Positions 19,176-29,075 of a stretch of DNA of 64,000 bases are shown piece by piece. The DNA is from Treponemataceae bacterium (GTDB lineage Bacteria > Spirochaetota > Spirochaetia > Treponematales > Rectinemataceae). The stretch is taken from the NCBI GenBank assembly GCA_963677895.2, contig CAXXGJ010000038.1, positions 160,001-224,000 on the forward strand. The letters run 5' to 3'. The notes below the pieces were generated by a model. It was given only the letters and a program-made list of their open reading frames with translations, did not search any database and was not told the origin of the DNA. The number at the start of each line of letters is the position of its first letter. Position 1 is the stretch's first letter. Both the position numbers and the translations under genes were made by a program.

Positions 19176-20687
19176 ATGCCAGAACAGTTATTTCCATATG
19201 ACCTTTCGGGAAAACGCGTACATTTCATAGGCGCCAAGGGAACGGGCATGGCCGCCCTCGCCGAAATATTCGCCGCCAAGGGCGCCGCGCTTTCGGGCAG
19301 CGATGTACCGGACACCTTTTATACCGACGCGATACTCCGCTCCATCCATATGGACGTGAAGGAATCATTCGACGCTGCCCATATCGGAACCGATCTGGAC
19401 CTGGTCATTTTTTCCGATGCCTACAATCCCATATCCAACCCGGAAATGGCGGAGGCTGCGCGAAGGAACCTGCCCATGTTCAGTTTCGCCCAGGCTCTGG
19501 GTGCCTTGTCCAGGTTGAGCGATTCAAGCGGAGTTTCAGGCGTCCACGGCAAGACGACGACGACGGCGATGGCTGGAAGCATGCTGGCCGCCCTGGGTAC
19601 CCCCGCGACAGTCCTCACAGGATCGGCGGTGTCATCGTTCGGCGATCGCTGCACCTTGATCAGGGGCCAACGCTATTTTGTCGCGGAAACCGATGAATAC
19701 AAGCGGCACTTCATGCACTTTTCGCCCCGACGCATACTGCTCACGAGCGTCGAGAGCGACCATCAGGATTACTATCCGACCTACGAATCGATAGAGCGGG
19801 CCTTTCGCGACTATGTCATGTCACTTCCCGACGGAGGACTCCTCGTGTACTGCGCCGACGACCCTGGAGCCAGGGCTGTGGCCGCCTTCGCGAAGGCGAA
19901 GAGGCCGGGCCTGCGCTTCGCGCCCTATGGCTTTTCCGCCGATGGGCCATGGAAGATCGAGACATGCGTCACGGGGGAAGGGCATACTTCTTTTACTTTG
20001 GGAGCCTGCGAGGCGGGATTCGAGCTTCATGTGCCGGGGCGGCACCTCGTGCTCGACGCGGCGGGAGCCCTGGCTCTCGTTCACGATATCGTAAGGGATT
20101 CGCAAAAGGGCGATGACTGGACTAAGGGGCAGTGGGATTTGGCCGGGGCCGCGCTGGGAGAGTTCCGGGGCTCGCGGCGAAGAAGCGAAATTGTGGGAGA
20201 AGCGGGGGCTGTCCTCATCATGGACGATTATGCCCACCATCCTACGGCCCTGAAGGCGACCATAGCGGGCATCAAGGCGTTCTGGCCGTCGCGGCGACTC
20301 ATCGTCGATTTCATGTCCCATACCTATTCCAGAACCATAGCGCTTATGGATGAATTCGCCGAGAGCCTGGACGATGCGGATTGCGTCGTCCTTCACGACA
20401 TATACGCTTCGGCGAGAGAAAAACTGGTGGAATCCGTCAGCGGCAGAAACCTTTTCGAAAAGGTGAAGGCTCGCAGGAAGGATCTCATCGATCTGTCCGA
20501 TGGAAAAAAATCAGGCATCCGCCGCGGCTTCATCATGTATGAGGATAAACACCAGGATACCGCGGCGAAGCTTTTGCCTCTTCTCCATGAGAATGATCTT
20601 TTTATCACCATGGGGGCGGGCGACAACTGGAAGTTGGGGAGAACGATGCTCGAACAGCTGAGGAAAAAGGAACAAAACAATGCTTAA
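19176..20687 (+). CDS. murC: UDP-N-acetylmuramate--L-alanine ligase
   Basis: HFIGAKGTGM, GVHGKTTTT, ETDEY, DHQD, DDYAHHP, MGAGD. Confidence 0.94.
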   Translation: MPEQLFPYDLSGKRVHFIGAKGTGMAALAEIFAAKGAALSGSDVPDTFYTDAILRSIHMDVKESFDAAHIGTDLDLVIFSDAYNPISNPEMAEAARRNLPMFSFAQALGALSRLSDSSGVSGVHGKTTTTAMAGSMLAALGTPATVLTGSAVSSFGDRCTLIRGQRYFVAETDEYKRHFMHFSPRRILLTSVESDHQDYYPTYESIERAFRDYVMSLPDGGLLVYCADDPGARAVAAFAKAKRPGLRFAPYGFSADGPWKIETCVTGEGHTSFTLGACEAGFELHVPGRHLVLDAAGALALVHDIVRDSQKGDDWTKGQWDLAGAALGEFRGSRRRSEIVGEAGAVLIMDDYAHHPTALKATIAGIKAFWPSRRLIVDFMSHTYSRTIALMDEFAESLDDADCVVLHDIYASAREKLVESVSGRNLFEKVKARRKDLIDLSDGKKSGIRRGFIMYEDKHQDTAAKLLPLLHENDLFITMGAGDNWKLGRTMLEQLRKKEQNNA

Positions 20688-21546
20688 AAGCATGACTGGT
20701 TTCGCGCAGAAAGAATTTGACAGGGATGGAATAGCCGGAAGCGTCCAGCTGAAGTCCTACAATAACCGCTACCTGGACATATCCATTTCCCTGCCGCCGC
20801 AAATATCCTCATTTGAGCCGAAAATCCAGCAGATGCTTGGTGAACGCCTCAACAGAGGAAAGGTCGAGCTCGGCCTTCGGCTGAAGAAAATGAATGTTCC
20901 CATCTCAGTGCGCCCCGACGCGGATGCCGCCAGGGCTGTCTATGACGCGATTTCTTCGATTGCCGCGGCATGCGGGCTGGATGAAAAACCCTCGTTGAGC
21001 CAAATTACCTCATTCGAGGGCGTGCTTTCCTACGAGAAAGATTTCGATGGCGGAACGATCTGGCAACCGATTGCCGACGAAATCGGCCTCGTCCTGGACG
21101 AGTTCGAAGCTTCCAGGGAAAGGGAAGGCCAGGCCACGGAGGCGAATATCTTTTCCGAGCTGGCACGGTTCGAGGAAGCGCTTGCCATCGTACGGAAAAA
21201 TGCAGCCGAGATGGAAAATACCATTAAGCAGCAGCTGCAGTCGAGATTTGAAGAGCTTTTGCCCAAGGGGTACGATGAACAGCGCCTTCTACAGGAAGTC
21301 GCTGTTCAGCTGGTTCGTCTGACCATCAATGAGGAAGTATCAAGGCTGGACGCGCATATTGAGGCTTTCAGAGCCATGGCGCGGGAGGAGGCTCCCGCCA
21401 AGAAAATGGACTTTCTCTGCCAGGAGATGAACAGGGAAACGAACACCATAGGATCCAAGAACATGCTTGTGGCCGTGGCGCATGCTGTCGTGGAAATGAA
21501 GGATGCCCTGGAAAACATCAGGGAGCAGCTGAGGAATGTGGAATGA
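20680..21546 (+). CDS. yicC: YicC/YloC family endoribonuclease
   Basis: KSMTGF, NNRYLD, EEVSRL, QEMNRETNTIGSK, EQLRNVE. Confidence 0.93.
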   Translation: MLKSMTGFAQKEFDRDGIAGSVQLKSYNNRYLDISISLPPQISSFEPKIQQMLGERLNRGKVELGLRLKKMNVPISVRPDADAARAVYDAISSIAAACGLDEKPSLSQITSFEGVLSYEKDFDGGTIWQPIADEIGLVLDEFEASREREGQATEANIFSELARFEEALAIVRKNAAEMENTIKQQLQSRFEELLPKGYDEQRLLQEVAVQLVRLTINEEVSRLDAHIEAFRAMAREEAPAKKMDFLCQEMNRETNTIGSKNMLVAVAHAVVEMKDALENIREQLRNVE

Positions 21547-22076
21547 AAAAAAAGCAGGCCGCCATCATCGCTATTTCGGGGAAATCCGGATGCGGAAACA
21601 CTACTGTATCAAAGCGTGTGGCTCAGATTCTCGGATGCGAATTCATCAACTATACTTTCAGGAAACTCGCCGAGGAAGAAGGTAAAAGCCTGGCCGAAAT
21701 CCTGGCGCTCGCCGAGGAAGACTCTTCCTGGGACAGGCTTCTTGATTCGCGGCAAGTGGAGCTGGCGCAAAAACAAGACTGCGTCATCGGCTCCCGTCTC
21801 GCCATGTGGCTTCTGCCCAACGCCTCCTTGAGGGTATACCTCAAGGCCAGCCCGGACGTGCGCGTGGATAGGATTCATGCCCGGGAGGGCGGCAGCAGGG
21901 ACGAAATCGCCGTATTTACCGCGCAGAGGGACATACGCGACCACAGGCGTTACAAAGAAACGTATGGAATCGATACGGACGACGTTTCCAGCGCCAACCT
22001 GGTCATCGATACGGAACGCTGGGACGCGGAACAGATAGCTCGCATCATCGCCGATGCATTCATCGGCAGGAGGTAG
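21543..22076 (+). CDS. Archaeal-type cytidylate kinase-like nucleoside monophosphate kinase
   Basis: IAISGKSGCGNTT P-loop, FRKLAEE, D.LLD.RQ, GSRLA, RDHRRYKETYGID; 177 aa. Confidence 0.8.
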   Translation: MKKKQAAIIAISGKSGCGNTTVSKRVAQILGCEFINYTFRKLAEEEGKSLAEILALAEEDSSWDRLLDSRQVELAQKQDCVIGSRLAMWLLPNASLRVYLKASPDVRVDRIHAREGGSRDEIAVFTAQRDIRDHRRYKETYGIDTDDVSSANLVIDTERWDAEQIARIIADAFIGRR

Positions 22077-22079
22077 CGA

Positions 22080-22883
22080 ATGCCGGCTGCCAAGGTTGTC
22101 ATCGTAACCGGCGCTTCTGGCGGAATTGGAAAGGCATGCGCCGCATATCTGGGTGCCCATGGGTACAAGGTATATGGCACAAGCCGATCCGCCGGCGACG
22201 AAATCGAGGAATCGGGCGCTTTTCCCATGATAAAGATGGATGTTACGGATCCGGAATCGGTGACTCGGGGAATCGGAATCGTCATGCGGAGGGAAAGCCG
22301 GCTGGACGCTGTCGTGAACAACGCCGGGCTCCATGTCGTGGGCCCCATCGAGTGCGTGTCGATCAGCGATATCGAGCGATGCTGGCGTACCAATTGCCTC
22401 GGCGCGATGTTGGTGTGCAGGGAGGTTCTTCCGATCATGCGCCTTCAGGGCATCGGGCATATCATCAACCTCAGTTCCGTGGGCGGCGTCGTCGGGCTGC
22501 CTTTCCAGGGAGCTTATTCAGGTTCCAAGTACGCGCTCGAAGGCATGACTGAATCTTTGCGAGCCGAAGTCCGCGGTTTCGGCATAAGCGTTTCCCTGAT
22601 TCAGCCCAGCGATATTCGTCACCAGGATTGCCGAAGCGATACGAAGGTGACCAAGGACTATGAAGAATCTTTTGCCAGGGTAATGAATATTGCCTGGAAG
22701 GACGAGGAAAAGGGATACCCGGCGGAACGGATCGGACCTCTCGTCGAGGGGATCATAGAAAATCCGCATCCTCGGGCGCGCTACACCTTCGGACAGGCCT
22801 TTCAGAGGGCAGTGCCGCTGCTGAAGCGGATCCTGCCGAACCGTTTCGTTGAATGGGCCCTCGGCCTCTATTATAAGGTTTGA
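22080..22883 (+). CDS. Short-chain dehydrogenase/reductase
   Basis: TGASGGIG, NNAG, YSGSK (YxxxK). Confidence 0.92.
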   Translation: MPAAKVVIVTGASGGIGKACAAYLGAHGYKVYGTSRSAGDEIEESGAFPMIKMDVTDPESVTRGIGIVMRRESRLDAVVNNAGLHVVGPIECVSISDIERCWRTNCLGAMLVCREVLPIMRLQGIGHIINLSSVGGVVGLPFQGAYSGSKYALEGMTESLRAEVRGFGISVSLIQPSDIRHQDCRSDTKVTKDYEESFARVMNIAWKDEEKGYPAERIGPLVEGIIENPHPRARYTFGQAFQRAVPLLKRILPNRFVEWALGLYYKV

Positions 22884-22884
22884 T

Positions 22885-23919
22885 ATGTCATTATGCAGAA
22901 AATCTTTCGGAACGCTTTCTTCAGGGGAAGATGTATCGCTCTATCTTCTGGAATCGGGCGAGTATAGGGCATCCTGGAGCGATTATGGCGCCTCCTGGCT
23001 AAGCCTTATGATGCCTGACGCCAGGGGCGTCAGGGACGATGTGCTCCTGGGGTTCTCGAGTTTCTCGCCGTACGCCGCCAAACATCCTTATTTTGGGGCG
23101 ACAATCGGCCGTTTCGCTAACCGTATAGCCGGATCTTCGTTCCTTCTTGCCGGAAAAGAATACAGACTTTTCTCGAATGACGGAGAGAACCACCTGCATG
23201 GAGGGAGGCGGGGCTTCGGACGTCGCCTCTGGAAGGGAGAAATGGATACGATCGGCGGCGATCCCTCGGTCCGTTTTTCGCTCGATAGCGCCGATGGCGA
23301 AGAGGGCTACCCAGGCAACCTCCATGTGGCGGTGAACGTAACGCTGAACCGGATGGGCGAGGTGGTCATCTCCTACGAAGCGGAAGCGGACTGCCTTACG
23401 CCCCTGAACTTGACCAATCACGCCTATTTCAATCTTGCGGGCGAGGGTGGGGGCACGATTTTGGATCATGAGCTCCTCCTGCGCTGCGGCCGCTACCTTC
23501 CCGTGGACGCATCGCTCATTCCCTTGCCGGGAGAGCCCGTCGGGGTAAATGGAACGCCTTTTGATTTCAGGAAAAGCAAAAAGATCGGCGACGATATCGG
23601 TCCATCCCTTTCGGGCTATGATCACTGCTTTGTGGTGGATTCGCTGCCGGCCGATGAACCATTCGCGGTGGTGACGGAAAAAAAACGGGGGCGGCGGCTC
23701 AGCGTTACGACGACGTCGCCGGCCGTACAGTTCTATACAGGAAACTACCTCGATGGCATAATGGGAAAGAGTGGTTCGGTGTATGGAAAGCAATCGGGTT
23801 TCTGTCTTGAAACCCAGTACTACCCCAATTCGCCCAACAGACCGGATTTTCCGTCCTGCAATGTCGAACCGGGGAAAATGTGGAAGCATAGCACAATGTA
23901 TCGCTTCTCTGTACTTTAA
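22885..23919 (+). CDS. galM: Aldose 1-epimerase (galactose mutarotase)
   Basis: GRFANRI, NHLHGG, NLTNHAYFNL, GYDHCF, FCLETQ; ATG 22885. Confidence 0.93.
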   Translation: MSLCRKSFGTLSSGEDVSLYLLESGEYRASWSDYGASWLSLMMPDARGVRDDVLLGFSSFSPYAAKHPYFGATIGRFANRIAGSSFLLAGKEYRLFSNDGENHLHGGRRGFGRRLWKGEMDTIGGDPSVRFSLDSADGEEGYPGNLHVAVNVTLNRMGEVVISYEAEADCLTPLNLTNHAYFNLAGEGGGTILDHELLLRCGRYLPVDASLIPLPGEPVGVNGTPFDFRKSKKIGDDIGPSLSGYDHCFVVDSLPADEPFAVVTEKKRGRRLSVTTTSPAVQFYTGNYLDGIMGKSGSVYGKQSGFCLETQYYPNSPNRPDFPSCNVEPGKMWKHSTMYRFSVL

Positions 23920-24001
23920 GTAGTATGATATTTATGACAGAATAACGTGATTTCAATAGTCTGAATTTGATTATATGCAAATTACTATAGAAGGAGTTTT
24001 T

Positions 24002-25136
24002 ATGTTGGAAGAGATGGCAAAACCGATTTCGGAACTGCAGGCGGAAATAGGCGATATCTGGGGGCGTCTTTGACCCCGATGCCCTTGAGAACTCGGTAAA
24101 GGAAAAGGAAAAACTTACCGCCGAGCCGGATTTCTGGAACGATTCGGCGAGAGCGGGAAAAATATTCGCGCAGATCAAGCAGATAAAGGATAGGGTCGCG
24201 ATATGGAGGGCCCTGACTACCGATGTGGAAGCGCTACGGGAATTCTATGAACTCGCCATCGAGGAAGATCAGCGCGATCTCGAAAAAGACCTACAGAATA
24301 CGCTTGATGACATTCGAAAACGATTCGATTCCGCCGTGATCGTGGAACTTCTTTCGGGAGAGGCGGACGCGTCGGATGCCTATGTCGCCATCCATGCCGG
24401 ATCGGGCGGAACCGAGGCCTGCGATTGGGCGAGCATGCTTCTCAGGGCATATACTCGCTGGGCTGAGCGTCGGAACTTTAAGATGGAAGTCGTTGACATG
24501 CTGGAAGCGGAAGGCGGCATCAAATCGGCGACGATTCAGATCAGCGGGCCTTACGCCTACGGCCTATTGAGAGGGGAAAGCGGCGTGCACAGGCTCGTCA
24601 GGATTTCTCCCTTCGACTCCAACGCCAGAAGGCATACCTCGTTCTCCTCCGTCTATGTGCTGCCCGTTCTCGACGATTCGATTACTATCGAGATCAAACC
24701 CGAGGATATTCGCATCGACACCTATCGATCGGGGGGAGCCGGCGGCCAGAAGGTCAACAAAACCGACTCCGCGGTGCGCATCACCCACCTCGCCACGGGT
24801 ATAGTCGTCACCTGCCAGAACGAAAGAAGCCAGTACAAGAACAAGGACGTGGCGTTCAGCGTGCTGCGTTCCAGGCTTTACGAGTATTACAGGCTTGAAA
24901 AGGAAAAGGAAAACGCGAAATTCCAGAGCGACAAGAAAGAGATAGCCTGGGGATCCCAGATACGATCCTACGTTTTCCAGCCCTACACGATGGTCAAGGA
25001 TCACAGGACCAAGTTCTTCGTCGGAAACGTCCACGAGGTGATGGATGGAGGCTTTGATCCCTTCATAGAAACCTACCTGCGCTGGAAGTGGAAGGGCGGC
25101 GTGCCGCAGTCCGAAGATGATGATGAGGAAGTCTAG
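24002..25136 (+). CDS. prfB: Peptide chain release factor 2, translated through a programmed +1 frameshift at 24068-24074
   Basis: 23 codons from ATG 24002 to CTT-TGA-C; +1 frame (GAC 24072) is in frame with the ORF carrying SPF and GGQ motifs. Confidence 0.96.
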
Positions 25137-26208
25137 AAGGCGGGGGCTGATAGCGGCAGGTCTTCTGTGCCTGCTGCTTGGCTTTTCCGCGCAGAATCTC
25201 CAGGCTCAGGACACGAGCCTTTGGATTTTGGGCATGGCGCAGTTCCACCAGGTTTTACCCGAAATTCTGAAGGAGACCGCTTCCCCGGAGTACGGTTTCG
25301 CCAAGGCAGCCGAACTTGCCGGCAAATCGGCCGGTGGAGCTCTTTCCACGACGCTTCCTTCCTTGCTTTTCTCGGCCTTGAAGCCTCTTCCCGGGCGGCT
25401 GTCCATGAAAACGGCGTTGCAGGCAAGAACCGCCGACGCGCCCTTCGTCGACGCGAGAAAGGGGAAGGAAGCTTTTGTCGGCTTGAACGGTTTGATACTC
25501 GGATTCTATTCCTTCAAGGATGAGATTGTTGAGTGCAGGATTCTATTTTATGAAAACGAATCCGAGAACCCGCAGGGCGCATTCTTCTATAAAGGCACTA
25601 TCTCGACGCTGGAAAACCTGCGAGCCGCGGCTTTGCCGGCGATTATGAATTGGGTGGCGACAAGGGAAGTCAGCGTTGTCGATATCGCAACGAAGCCGAG
25701 CTCAGGCGCGGCGCTTAGCTTCAAGGGAACGCCTTCCGAAGGAGCCATAGCCCTGGATGGGACAAGGATATTTGTCTATGAAAAGGGAAATTACCCTATT
25801 ATCGTTCGGCAAAGCGGCTTCGAGGATGGGTTCTGCGAAATAGCGGATTTCAAACCAGATTCCTATACATCGATCGTTATCGACATGAAACCCGCGGCTG
25901 GAGCCGCCCTGCCCGAAGCTTCGATAATCAACGCGGCCGACCGGTTGAAATGGGCGGACAAATCCAGTTTTCTCAAGGCGGAGAAAGGGTTCAGTTCGGC
26001 TTTGGGACGTTTTGTCCTGAGCCTGCCCCTGAGCGCCATCGCGATCGGAACGTTTTATTCGTTCTATGAAGCGTACTCGCGCGGCGCGGCTACCGAAACG
26101 GCGATCTATGTATCGGGCGCTGCGGCTGCGGTTTCGGTGTCGCTCAGCCTAGGTTTCATCATTGACAGCGCGGTGAGACTCGTAGATGTTTTACATGTTT
26201 CGCGATAG
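25117..26208 (+). CDS. Hypothetical exported/membrane protein (signal peptide, PEGA-like segment, two C-terminal TM helices)
   Basis: Basic N-terminus plus hydrophobic stretch ending LQA-Q; GNYPIIVRQSGF; hydrophobic C-terminus; fills prfB-ftsY gap. Confidence 0.7.
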   Translation: MMMRKSRRRGLIAAGLLCLLLGFSAQNLQAQDTSLWILGMAQFHQVLPEILKETASPEYGFAKAAELAGKSAGGALSTTLPSLLFSALKPLPGRLSMKTALQARTADAPFVDARKGKEAFVGLNGLILGFYSFKDEIVECRILFYENESENPQGAFFYKGTISTLENLRAAALPAIMNWVATREVSVVDIATKPSSGAALSFKGTPSEGAIALDGTRIFVYEKGNYPIIVRQSGFEDGFCEIADFKPDSYTSIVIDMKPAAGAALPEASIINAADRLKWADKSSFLKAEKGFSSALGRFVLSLPLSAIAIGTFYSFYEAYSRGAATETAIYVSGAAAAVSVSLSLGFIIDSAVRLVDVLHVSR

Positions 26209-26228
26209 ATTCCACTGACGGAGAAAAT

Positions 26229-27098
26229 ATGGGTTTTGGCGATAAGATACGGGCTTTTTTCAAGAAAACGATTCTCAACGACGAGGTATTTGAAGACCTG
26301 ACCGATCTCCTCGTCGAAGGCGATATGGGCGCGGCCTTCGCTTTCGAGACAGTCGAGCGCCTCAAGGAAGTCTGCAGGAAGGAAAAAATCGGGGATCTGG
26401 AGTCGGCGCGAAGGGCGCTCAAGGAAATCCTCAAGCCTTACGCGATGAAGAAATCTTTCGATATCGACCCCACTCGTTTGAATATCGTGCTGCTGCTGGG
26501 GGTCAACGGCGTGGGGAAAACGACTTCCTGCGCTAAGCTGGCTTTCTGGGTCAAGAATAAAGGCATAGACAATATCATCCTCGCGGCCGGCGATACTTTC
26601 AGGGCAGCCGCCGTCAATCAGCTGAAAATTCATGGAGAACGCACTGGGGTCAGGGTTGTGGCGCAGCATCAGGGAGCCGACGCGGCCGCCGTGCTGTGGG
26701 ACAGCATAGAGGCGGCCGGAGCCGGTCGCGCCGGTCTTGTCATCGCAGACACCGCCGGCCGCATGCATACTCGCCAGGACCTCCTCAAGGAACTGGAAAA
26801 AATGGACAGGATCATCTCGCAGCGCGCGCCCGGCGCGAAGTACAGCAAAATACTCGTTCTGGACTCGACCACCGGACAGAACGGCATGCGTCAGGCCGAA
26901 ACCTTCAATGAAGCCGTCACCGTGGACGGCGTCATCCTCAGCAAGCACGATTCCACGGCCAAGGGCGGGATGGTGCTGAGTCTGGCCAAACAGTTCGGTC
27001 TGGCCACTCTTTTCGTCGGAACGGGCGAGGGCTACAAGGATTTCGCTCCCTTCGATCCCGAAGTCTTCCTCGACGAATTCCTGGGTTTAGGGGAGTGA
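26229..27098 (+). CDS. ftsY: SRP receptor FtsY (NG domain only)
   Basis: GVNGVGKTT, DTFRAAA, DTAGR, KHDSTAKGG, GTGE. Confidence 0.96.
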   Translation: MGFGDKIRAFFKKTILNDEVFEDLTDLLVEGDMGAAFAFETVERLKEVCRKEKIGDLESARRALKEILKPYAMKKSFDIDPTRLNIVLLLGVNGVGKTTSCAKLAFWVKNKGIDNIILAAGDTFRAAAVNQLKIHGERTGVRVVAQHQGADAAAVLWDSIEAAGAGRAGLVIADTAGRMHTRQDLLKELEKMDRIISQRAPGAKYSKILVLDSTTGQNGMRQAETFNEAVTVDGVILSKHDSTAKGGMVLSLAKQFGLATLFVGTGEGYKDFAPFDPEVFLDEFLGLGE

Positions 27099-28402
27099 CA
27101 AAACAATCGCTGCTTTTCGCGGCATACCGCTGGGGCTTCTCCGGCCGCCGGCGAATGTCCCTGAGCCGGGCTCTGCTCGCCGCGGCCGGCATAGCGGCGG
27201 GCGTGACCGCTCTCATCATCGTTTTGGGCGTCATGGGCGGGCTTCAGCAAGGCTACATCGATTCGATTCTTGAAGTTTCCAGCTTTCATCTGCGCGCGGA
27301 GATGCCCAAGGAATACGCCGCCGGCTCGCTCGATGCCTTTTCGCTCGATACTTTACGGGCTGTCCCGGGCGTATCCTCCGTCGTCGCGTTCAAGGAAACC
27401 CATGTTCTCGCCCTCGGTCCTTCGGGGCAGGCGCTGACGCTTAACCTGCGGGCTTTTCCCAAGGGCACCGAGCGCGACGATCCTTCGCTCGTCCGCTCCC
27501 TGGGTATTTCCCCGTCGGACCAATTGCCGCAGAAGGGTTTCATCGTTCTCGGCAAGGAAGCCGCCGCCTATCTTGGCGCCGACAAGGGTACGTCGATAGA
27601 GTTGTTCGGCATGTCCCAGAGCGCGGAAGAAGGTGTCCTGCCCATAAAGAAATCGATCCCGATCGGATCGGTTTTCAGTTCGGGCTACTACGAGTTCGAC
27701 GCGGCCATGGGCTTCGTGTCCCTTGAGGCTTCGGGCGATCTGGCTCCGCTTTTCTCAACGGTATCCCCGGTCCTGGGCATCAAGCTGAACAACCGCTATT
27801 CGGATTACAGGGTCGTGGGCACCATCCAGAGCCTCCTGCCGAAAGAAGCCGGCAAAGTTACTTCCTGGCGCGATTACAACAGAAGCTTTTTCGGCGCGCT
27901 CCGCACCGAAAAGTCCATGATGATGCTGCTCATTAGCCTCATCTTCGTGGTCGTAGGCATCAATATATTCCACGCGATGCGACGCGTCATCGCGGCGAAA
28001 ATGTCCGACATCGCGGTGCTTAAAGCCTGCGGGGCTACGGACGGCGACATTCGCGGGATATTCATCGTAAACGGCCTTTCCATAGGCCTGATGGGCGCAA
28101 TGGCTGGCATCGCGCTCGGGCTGCTCCTGAGCTCGAATATAAATCGTATTCTCGAACTGGCCGCTGGCGTCATGCGTTTTATCGCTTCCTCGCTGGGCGG
28201 CCTGGGGCTTGCGTCCTCCAGCAGCGATTTCAAGCTATTCTCGCCATCCTATTACTATATCGACGCGATCCCGGTTTCGATATCGGCGGCCGAGATCATC
28301 TTCATCGCGTTGACGGCTATAGCCTCCACCGGTCTGGCGGCTCTCGTAGCGGCGCGCCGGGTTTCGGAGGCCAAGCCCTCAGAGGTATTCAGAAATGAGT
28401 GA
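27095..28402 (+). CDS. LolC/E-family ABC permease
   Basis: GVTALIIVLGVMGG, FFGALRTEK, IAVLKACGA, YYIDAIP. Confidence 0.88.
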   Translation: MTKQSLLFAAYRWGFSGRRRMSLSRALLAAAGIAAGVTALIIVLGVMGGLQQGYIDSILEVSSFHLRAEMPKEYAAGSLDAFSLDTLRAVPGVSSVVAFKETHVLALGPSGQALTLNLRAFPKGTERDDPSLVRSLGISPSDQLPQKGFIVLGKEAAAYLGADKGTSIELFGMSQSAEEGVLPIKKSIPIGSVFSSGYYEFDAAMGFVSLEASGDLAPLFSTVSPVLGIKLNNRYSDYRVVGTIQSLLPKEAGKVTSWRDYNRSFFGALRTEKSMMMLLISLIFVVVGINIFHAMRRVIAAKMSDIAVLKACGATDGDIRGIFIVNGLSIGLMGAMAGIALGLLLSSNINRILELAAGVMRFIASSLGGLGLASSSSDFKLFSPSYYYIDAIPVSISAAEIIFIALTAIASTGLAALVAARRVSEAKPSEVFRNE

Positions 28403-29075
28403 AAGTATCATCAGCTGCAGGAATCTCGTCAAGAATTTCGAGAGTCAGGCCGAAATCCTTCATGTCCTGAGAGGGGTGGACCTGGAGCTTGCGCCCGGAA
28501 GTTCCTGCTCCATCATGGGTTCATCAGGCTCCGGGAAAAGCACGCTTCTTTCGATCATCGGAGGACTGGAAGGTTTCGATTCGGGGGAAGTGACGGTGGG
28601 AAGTTACGCCCTGCATTCCCTATCCGAAAAGGAGCTGCCCAAATACCGAAGCTGCCTCGTGGGTTTCGTTTTCCAGTTTCATTACCTCCTGAAAGATTTC
28701 AGCGCCCTGGAGAACGTGGCGCTTCCTGCTTACATGAACGGCGTTCCGCGGAAGGAAGCCTGGGCAAGGGCCGAATCCCTTCTCGAGAAAGTCGGCATGG
28801 CGGAAAGGAAGGACCATTTTCCCACGGAACTTTCAGGCGGCGAAAGGCAGCGGACAGCCATAGCGCGCGCGCTTGTCAACGCTCCATCCGTCATACTGGC
28901 CGACGAACCGACGGGCAACCTGGACGCGGACAACGCCCAGGCCATCCAGGAGCTGATGTTCGGACTGCCGGGCCTTTCGGGGGCGACGGTCATTCTCGCC
29001 ACCCATGATCCCCTGTTGGCCGAGGCGGCCGACAAAAGGTTTTTCCTTTCCGAGGGGAGGCTTCAGCCCTTATGA
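28395..29075 (+). CDS. lolD: LolD-like ABC ATPase
   Basis: GSSGSGKST, GFVFQFHYLL, LSGGERQR, ADEPTGNLD. Confidence 0.9.
   Translation: MSESIISCRNLVKNFESQAEILHVLRGVDLELAPGSSCSIMGSSGSGKSTLLSIIGGLEGFDSGEVTVGSYALHSLSEKELPKYRSCLVGFVFQFHYLLKDFSALENVALPAYMNGVPRKEAWARAESLLEKVGMAERKDHFPTELSGGERQRTAIARALVNAPSVILADEPTGNLDADNAQAIQELMFGLPGLSGATVILATHDPLLAEAADKRFFLSEGRLQPL

Noticed and set aside
24002..24224. prfB as a frameshifted pseudogene
   Set aside because: It is the canonical programmed CTT-TGA-C site.
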